Of a DNA stretch of 14,326 nucleotides, positions 9,101 through 13,189 are shown one piece after another. Position 1 is the first letter of the stretch; every line of letters starts with the position of its first letter. This DNA is from an uncultured archaeon (GTDB lineage: Archaea > Thermoplasmatota > Penumbrarchaeia > JASLWR01): the NCBI GenBank assembly GCA_964342815.1, contig CAYFHS010000051.1, positions 1 through 14,326 on the forward strand, written 5' to 3'. The notes below the pieces were generated by a model. That model saw only the letters and a program-made list of their open reading frames with translations. It was not told where the DNA came from and did not search any database. The translations under genes and the position numbers were made by a program.

Positions 9101-10688
9101 AGTATCCGCCGTCCAGGTAAACCGCGAACTCCCAACTTGCCATTGAACCGGCTCCTTTGGTACCTGTTACGGAAACATTCGAACCGGTGTCGGTGAAATA
9201 GACATTCCCTGATTTGAAGGCATTCAGGTAAACGTCGCTCCCACAGTTGAAATAGTGAAGTCGGTTGTAATTAGAAGAAAGTTTGTATCCGTTCCATGTG
9301 TAGATCGGGAAGGTTCCTTGCGGGTGATGGGGCTGTTGTGGGTGGAAATTTGCAGCGGCGATATACCTGCCAGGAAGCTCGAATTCGTAATTAGTTGAGG
9401 CAAGTCCTTTGAGGGTCAACGACCGGTCGAACATTGTATAGGCCGTTGCTCCGCTTCCGGGGACGTACACGTAATAGAAAAGTGAAAGCCACACGTCGGT
9501 ATCGTATGGATCGGCATGCTCGGGATGTGCTACAGCGATCCCTCTCAGGCCGCCGTTGGCATACCAAAGAGAAAAATCAGATTCGTTCATTGTAGTGGTG
9601 ATGGAATATTTATGGAGTTCGATGGATACGTTATCGTAAACGTCAGGTTCAGGATTATCCAGCTGGACCCAGCTGACAGTCGGATTCATCACGTAGGTAT
9701 ATGCACGGGAGTATGGGAATTTCACGGAATACGAGAAATCCCAGGGTATAGGTACGTCATATGCGGTAACTGCAAGATTGTATCGGCCGATCTGTTCGAG
9801 GGTTATATTGTAATACAAGCCTTCGAGAGGTATATTTACCGACGTCTTATTCAGAAGGGAACTTTTGAAAAGATGAAGGTATGCGGTCCCATTCGCAGGA
9901 GTATACAGGGAATCCAGCACGGGTGATGGAGTATGGTAACCTGTGAAGCGGGAGAGAAATTCATATGTATTGTCAGAAGGCGAATAAGCAAAACGTTGAA
10001 TGTAATAATGGGCTCTGTGACCGGGCAGAAGCGTAGGATAGATGCTCTTGACCGTTGTAAATAATTCAGGATATGCGGAACCTTTTACGTAACCAATCTT
10101 CATCTCACGGGAAAGTCGGGCTATCTCGTTTGTCCTTGCATGGACGCCGAGAGTGACCTTGGAAGCATTCACACCGAGTATGAAGTAATATTTGGCGGGC
10201 TCATCAGCTATGTGTGTATAGGTATAGGTTCCGTTAATAATCGTGATTTCCTTTTTCAGTGATCGATCCAGAGTATAATAAGATCGGGTGGCATAAACGA
10301 ATAACGTTGCATCAAGGGTTTCGGGTATTACATTTGTACCATCCGGCAGGACCCGGGAGACGGTAAAGGAAACATTGAACTCCTCAAGGGCTTTTATCAC
10401 GGGAATTTCCAGTTTTCCCTGAATATCCCATGTTTCCCATATTTCTTCAGTATTCAACATGCCGCCTTTGGGAGTGGGATCGTCAGCATCGGGAATCCCG
10501 TCCGCATCTGTGTCGGGATTGTTTGGGTCGGTCCCAATAGCTTCCTCATAACGGTCGGAAAGCCCGTCAAAATCCGAATCCGGCTCCTCGGCTTCTGCAT
10601 TTGAGCCGGTTAATCCCAAAGCGGAAAGCAGCATCAGCGCAACCACTGAAATCGATATAATTCTTAGGTATGTCTCTCTAGATACCAT
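3126..10688 (-). CDS. Alpha-2-macroglobulin family thioester protein, secreted and C-terminally membrane-anchored
   Basis: Signal peptide (IISISVVALMLLSALGLTGSNAEA|), DxDxDG repeats, MG2 YIHTNKPVYLPGD, DKPAYEPGE...VVDAAV, bait region, VREWFTDTALW...LPDNIGKWRI, FFIEPKLPY, thioester YPYDCTEQ (5754-5777), TED QHLDGGWGWW, C-terminal MG domain with PMY, acidic linker, TM helix at 3321-3398. Start set at ATG10688 (SD-like AGGGGCGA); the ORF track starts at 10721. Confidence 0.95.
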   Translation of the reverse strand: MVSRETYLRIISISVVALMLLSALGLTGSNAEAEEPDSDFDGLSDRYEEAIGTDPNNPDTDADGIPDADDPTPKGGMLNTEEIWETWDIQGKLEIPVIKALEEFNVSFTVSRVLPDGTNVIPETLDATLFVYATRSYYTLDRSLKKEITIINGTYTYTHIADEPAKYYFILGVNASKVTLGVHARTNEIARLSREMKIGYVKGSAYPELFTTVKSIYPTLLPGHRAHYYIQRFAYSPSDNTYEFLSRFTGYHTPSPVLDSLYTPANGTAYLHLFKSSLLNKTSVNIPLEGLYYNITLEQIGRYNLAVTAYDVPIPWDFSYSVKFPYSRAYTYVMNPTVSWVQLDNPEPDVYDNVSIELHKYSITTTMNESDFSLWYANGGLRGIAVAHPEHADPYDTDVWLSLFYYVYVPGSGATAYTMFDRSLTLKGLASTNYEFELPGRYIAAANFHPQQPHHPQGTFPIYTWNGYKLSSNYNRLHYFNCGSDVYLNAFKSGNVYFTDTGSNVSVTGTKGAGSMASWEFAVYLDGGYSSTELFADYDKTVDLGQLAKGKHDFRAVAIFSPKTRTIVEALGAKNFPYNWIGHTTFQVKDFLLYINTPSTLVKGHSANVSVLVYGSGIVPVENANIEIHMSGRSVPRRRMTTGKTGVDGLASLSFLPPAGNYYRLEITASKGALTGKVETYAWIRSEQFSGYIHTNKPVYLPGDTILAQFTLYDMDNAIPLGGPIDVRLSYDGNGKDIIRENLVLDEFGTAETEFPISKDAPWGTYRIAVYHDGSYVVGRDVGVRYYETPDTRIVFDEDISLRTGVVEIPVKVEYMFGAPVYQGEVSYLIQGYENRYEYNPWYWWGEIDMDGIYSGGDGDYWGGWWNDPAPLITLEINETVENGWANTTLDIPKGVNRIELEAVFSDDYDHSCEAATTYYVGEAPDPDLKTGIDIVPSKEPFVATDEPKFTLNTYNYREIEKGTDEIDVQRIANISTTLMINVTSFGMIGKNEGWLPERAETLFNVTTDRNGIAQIDLAAAGVDVFNLSAQGRYYFKIAVSTASDNTPPVSMEYEFFVHTVIYTVRNAPAAFAPGSNATITLGAESLVPTIDADYNYTLSVFKRERYYGYYDNYYYSFYDASPVFAVSGKAVGLINVTWRLPEHLESGRYIIRVSFENSQHETVIDHPVEVVDKSPLEITLIPSKLEYFPGDIIDVQLDLSEEFTGFVYLSVSAGWDVITKNRYVNGRAAQFTFTTKDWHHDIDLTVFLVDDMARLITSSAVINYGIRPLELILEMDKPAYEPGESTKLTVTVLESDGFPAAGVQVSISVVDAAVFEIFQDFSAKTFYDNLVTPWAFEWSYRTILNWDSDTWYPESLPSETVSYWPNIKLNGIEPDPLGDADGDGMAENGAGQGQGGGYEGEEAPKDAELGDALQSELDNTDVREWFTDTALWLPWITTGQDGRAIIDLTLPDNIGKWRIRGTGLTQGLVGGENTATFNVSKVFFIEPKLPYKMTQDDEIEMKVLLYNFHDTEIEAELGVSADDWIKVFGEVQIKVKIPANSIAEHLYRMKIFGAMKNNLTFIASDFKGSTDAVRKEVFVKPNGALLVSHATGAVDPTVTEIFDFHEELINGTQKTVLRLAPGYQGLLKMGFSMLAGYPYDCTEQITSRMIPAVLYREYLKETGDLERWTDRYLTRKIYTELQSLLAKQHLDGGWGWWKGDDSSLWMSGWVLLGLSTTKDSGFFVDPQSIADCQDFLMMRIGEDGTWMPGPGDDMDDVALTAFLYFSLARSGIPAPQPTEQSLQRIMQEGNLTPYGLSHYGLGDTELGGQQIAPIMADLTDMKIGSHFESDNALGGQTECTAWVLYLAAKANDDPALIRELLEWLNSRRLSTGDFGTTTATVAYMFAVLEVLRNAQPIDMDITVTVNGKRIAREHVNDRTYRNFYNKMDAMDITEYLNTDGPNNISISKDGTGELFYELTTVEYLRKDVVVNFDTNLSMYRGDTLSFEVTADPVNSKNVKVIDLDVRVSSGRNLIYLNSQSDHPADSDSSRKFSFNFLGAGAGTAKISPIIVNYKLSAGQRESGLITKYYGPVTVKVQNMPTRGTDTRGLSGGPGISVKLEKSADAFAMRTNNDMNIKLKVSIEGTEEQRDGMGSVRIRDHLPASLSQGNVELTGENFVEFAVDTSKDYQEFSYEVSCPEDYRGDLGTAVLMADDNVLTYAEGSALTVSSSDYFIQRSYSDTSVELFSPITVKIKAWSDETLRFVAVEDYICPGFKVDETSLETVVENSNGNVLSFEISDDHVTFFISTLDELEMEYEVVPMLPGRFVSPPALVFPMYSPDDTVQSDSHRIKVNPTNTHWGLKYVEEEGTVGQEDDDDNDTGEPDGDDDVEESEKPDIPVDVNLPDGPGDGDPEPIDDEDDDPIIDEDDDIDADDDNGRAGGQGEGVGEKAALGSVIQAVIVLSVLLLIIVVLMILKRHRKRNRAGSGIPGTGPSESESMRKKVENRKRVVVRKRIVKNDRPDTSENIDLKTGEGPDIDP
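10460..10590 (-). repeat. Thrombospondin type-3-like Ca2+-binding repeats at the mature N-terminus of the A2M
   Basis: DSDFDGLSDRYEEAIGTDPNNPDTDADGIPDADD contains two DxDxDG units linked by the typical GTDPxxPD segment. Confidence 0.8.
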
Positions 10689-10745
10689 TATATTCGCCCC
10701 TGATATGTGTGATTTAATCAATACAACAACGTTAAACTGCCGTGG

Positions 10746-10753
10746 TATATAAA
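10746..10753 (-). promoter_or_regulatory. Archaeal TATA box of the A2M gene
   Basis: TTTATATA on the minus strand, 58 nt upstream of ATG10688; matches the TTTAWATA consensus. Confidence 0.7.
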
Positions 10754-10764
10754 TATAGATTATG

Positions 10765-10802
10765 GTACGATAATCGAACTGAACTAGGACGATATTCGAA
10801 CT
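10765..10802. promoter_or_regulatory. Pair of quasi-palindromic operator-like boxes upstream of the A2M TATA box
   Basis: GTACGATAATCGAAC (10765-10779) and GGACGATATTCGAAC (10787-10801), 22 bp apart; a third half-copy GTACGATAAT lies at 10826-10835. Confidence 0.6.
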
Positions 10803-10848
10803 ATTCTGCTAAAATCCTTAAGAGAGTACGATAATATTTCGTTTTCAA

Positions 10849-11433
10849 TCAAATAATACCGGTATAACCCAGTTTCGCCAAAGCCTCCCAAACTTTCGAT
10901 AGAGGAAGTCCCATTACGTTGAAATAACACCCTTCGATCCTTTCTACCAGCAGACCGCCTTTGCCCTGAATGGCGTAGGCCCCCGCTTTGTTTTTATACT
11001 CTCCCGAATCCAGATAGAAATTTATCTCCGCGTCCGAATAGGGACGCATGAAGACATTGGTGACCGCGGTATCATTTTGAACTAAACCCTTGTAATGAAC
11101 TGAAAAACCTGTAATTACCTTATGGCATCTTCCACTAAGAGCCGAAAGAATCCCGAAAGCGTCCAGGCGGTCAACTGGTTTTTTTAATGTAGTTCCGTCC
11201 AGATCCCCAAGAGTGTCGGCCGCCAGGAGCGGGCGATCCCCAATCTCGTCAGCGTGGTTTTCCAACACGTGGGCCGCTTTCAAGCGAGCAAGATGCAGAA
11301 CCATTTCTTCGGGTGACGACATTTCGGTATTATTCTCATCGATACCCGGAACCAGTATCTTTACGTCAAAACCGGCATTCTTCAGAACCTCGTATCTCGC
11401 CGGGGAGCCGGAGGCGAGCACTATTTTCCCCAT
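10849..11433 (-). CDS. maf: Maf-family nucleoside triphosphate pyrophosphatase (YhdE-like, dTTP/UTP)
   Basis: IVLASGSPAR, LAADT (catalytic Asp followed by Thr), TLKKP, LSGRCHKVITG, YKNKAGAYAIQG, GCYFNVMGLP; SD GAGGTGA at 11438-11444. Confidence 0.95.
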   Translation of the reverse strand: MGKIVLASGSPARYEVLKNAGFDVKILVPGIDENNTEMSSPEEMVLHLARLKAAHVLENHADEIGDRPLLAADTLGDLDGTTLKKPVDRLDAFGILSALSGRCHKVITGFSVHYKGLVQNDTAVTNVFMRPYSDAEINFYLDSGEYKNKAGAYAIQGKGGLLVERIEGCYFNVMGLPLSKVWEALAKLGYTGII

Positions 11434-11437
11434 CCTT

Positions 11438-11444
11438 TCACCTC
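11438..11444 (-). promoter_or_regulatory. Shine-Dalgarno site of maf
   Basis: GAGGTGA 4 nt upstream of ATG11433, within the 23-bp gap after the PPP stop codon. Confidence 0.75.
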
Positions 11445-11456
11445 GTTCTCAAAGAG

Positions 11457-12641
11457 CTATTGCCCGGGATCCCCCTCCATGGTTTCCACAGGGTCAAGCG
11501 ATATCTCTTCGATGCTGAACTCCCCATCATGATCGAGAACCGCAATGGCCCCTGCATTGCCCTGCCCGCGATAGTCCGGGGCGGAGAAAATCCGTAATAG
11601 TCTACCATCAAAGTAATATTCAAATCCCTTGGATACTGCCTTGTGCGCCACGACCATCCTTTTCAATCCGTTATTTTTAATAAAAATATCAAAGACCTTT
11701 CTGCCGAACAGCCGGGCCCTGTCACCCCGGGGGGACGGCTCGAATCCCACATTCTCGTCCACAGGATCGTTCCACAGTATCTCGAAGAGAATATCGTCCT
11801 CGCTGAGCTCGGTGTTGGCTTCCAGCGAATTTATCTCGCGTATGTCCTCGAGCAGGCGGGGTATCCCGCCGTGCAGTGCGAGAGTCTCGCCGCCATGGAG
11901 AACGGCCAGGGGCAGCAGGGCGAATATCTCGTTGTACCAGTTGAATACCTTTTCATGATGCTGCTCCAGAAATTTCTCCTTTATCTCATCCAAAAATCCA
12001 TAATGAAAGTTTATTGGAAGCGTCTCGTTATTACCCCTGAGGAGAATGATCCTTTCGGGATCGGCCAATTTCTCCAGAAAAAGGCGGTTGACGACCTTTA
12101 GCGAGTCTTTCCCCGCATCGACGTAATCCCCGAGGAATACCAGATGTCGTATATCGGAACCATAGCTTCGATAGCGGTCCAGTATCCACACCAAAGCATC
12201 GTAATCCCCGTGAATATCCCCTGCGAAGATTGTGGCGCTCCCGCCAACTTCCACCAGGTTGCCTTCTCTCTCCAGAATGTCGGATACACCAATTAGAAGC
12301 TGCATGGTGAGAAAGGAATCGAACTTGTCGATAAAAGTTGGATTGGAAATGAAATCGTTGATGACAGCGGGTGTGAAGAAGGGTTTTCCCGGTACGAAGG
12401 TTTCCTCCACCTCGATATGTTCCCGGGCTTTCAGGGCTTCGGCCCGGGCTTTCGGGTCTTCTTCGGTCATGTAATTTATTGGATAGCTTTTTTCCGTGTC
12501 CTCGGGTAGTAATAAAGGAGGTTTCTTCTTTTTCATAACGTTATCTTCATCTGCCGGATCGGCCTTTTCCTCGGTGTTTTTTTCTTTTTCCGACGTCATT
12601 TCCATCGCTCTCGGGGATCTTGGTATATGGGAGATATTCAA
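11457..12641 (-). CDS. PPP-family (PP1/PP2A-like) Ser/Thr phosphatase homologue with substituted catalytic residues
   Basis: GDIHG, FLGDYVDAG, LRGNNE, LHGGI, ILWNDP, SPRG, AH and FSAPDY occur in canonical order and spacing. Start is uncertain (TTG12641, ATG12605 or ATG12599). Confidence 0.9.
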   Translation of the reverse strand: MNISHIPRSPRAMEMTSEKEKNTEEKADPADEDNVMKKKKPPLLLPEDTEKSYPINYMTEEDPKARAEALKAREHIEVEETFVPGKPFFTPAVINDFISNPTFIDKFDSFLTMQLLIGVSDILEREGNLVEVGGSATIFAGDIHGDYDALVWILDRYRSYGSDIRHLVFLGDYVDAGKDSLKVVNRLFLEKLADPERIILLRGNNETLPINFHYGFLDEIKEKFLEQHHEKVFNWYNEIFALLPLAVLHGGETLALHGGIPRLLEDIREINSLEANTELSEDDILFEILWNDPVDENVGFEPSPRGDRARLFGRKVFDIFIKNNGLKRMVVAHKAVSKGFEYYFDGRLLRIFSAPDYRGQGNAGAIAVLDHDGEFSIEEISLDPVETMEGDPGQ

Positions 12642-12769
12642 TTAGAAATCTGATTCCCGTAATGCTGAAGCTGCAATATATTATTTCTCTCCTTTTCCGT
12701 GGAGGAAGCCTGTAAACGTTTGTAGCGACCTGGATTAAGAAAAAAACGAAGCGGCATCCAGAAATAACA

Positions 12770-12786
12770 CGAAAAAATAAATATAT
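12770..12786 (+). promoter_or_regulatory. Putative BRE/TATA promoter of tRNA-Cys
   Basis: CGAAAAAA followed by TAAATATAT about 40 nt upstream of the tRNA 5' end; an imperfect consensus match. Confidence 0.45.
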
Positions 12787-12825
12787 CCATGCAGAGTATA
12801 TCCGCTCCCTCTGCAGGAATAACAA

Positions 12826-12897
12826 GGAGAGGTGACAGAGCGGCTATGTGCGCGACTGCAGATCGTGTCTATGGGAGTTCGAATCTCCCCCTCTCCA
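12826..12897 (+). tRNA. tRNA-Cys (anticodon GCA), intron-less, CCA not encoded
   Basis: Acceptor GGAGAGG/CCTCTCC; D-arm ACAG-AGCGGCT-ATGT; anticodon stem CGCGA/TCGTG with loop CT-GCA-GA (anticodon 12858-12860); T-arm GGGAG-TTCGAAT-CTCCC; followed by a T-rich tract. Confidence 0.95.
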
Positions 12898-13012
12898 CTC
12901 TTTATTTGGGGTTATATATAGAACTCAGATTTTACCATAAAAGCTCTGATTTATTCCTGAAACCATCAAAATATCGGTGAATACCTGGGAATATGATCTA
13001 TATTTTCTTAAA

Positions 13013-13130
13013 AAGACCCTTGATCCTTGCTCTTTCCAAGGATTTCTAGCACCCCTCAGACCCGTATTAAGCACTCTCAAGGATATTCAGCACCCTCAAG
13101 ACCCTTGCACCTCAAGCACCTAGAACCCTT
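13013..13130. repeat. Degenerate 16-21-bp tandem repeat array with a 7-7-7 inverted repeat
   Basis: Units gatccttgctctttccaag / gatttctagcacccctcaga / cccgtattaagcactctcaag / gatattcagcaccctcaag / acccttgcacctcaag share a GCAC-n-CTCAAG core. AAGACCCTTG occurs twice (13013, 13098). ATCCTTG-7nt-CAAGGAT spans 13023-13043. Confidence 0.6.
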
Positions 13131-13189
13131 CTTGGACTTCTCAAACCCCTATACTCTTTCGTTTGTTCAAGTATTGCACACACATGAGT

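Noticed and set aside
3096-9926. Plus-strand ORFs inside the A2M gene (e.g. 3250-3675 Ser-rich, 5650-6048, 9516-9926) and the minus-strand 8834-9085 ORF
   Set aside because: Antisense or off-frame shadows. The poly-Ser of 3250-3675 is simply the reverse complement of the Asp-rich stalk codons.
11395-11420. Maf motif SPAR instead of SPRR as a sign of inactivation
   Set aside because: The second Arg, the catalytic Asp, Lys residues and Gln are retained, and SPAR variants are common among Maf proteins.
12893-12897. Terminal ...TCCA read as an encoded U73-CCA end
   Set aside because: That register breaks the perfect 7-bp acceptor stem; the CC are positions 71-72.
11213-12980. Overlapping ORFs 11213-11518, 11313-11597, 11438-11623, 11629-11958, 11643-12101, 12098-12292, 12232-12474, 12547-12825, 12789-12980
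   Set aside because: They overlap maf, the PPP gene, the divergent promoter region or the tRNA and show no recognisable protein features.
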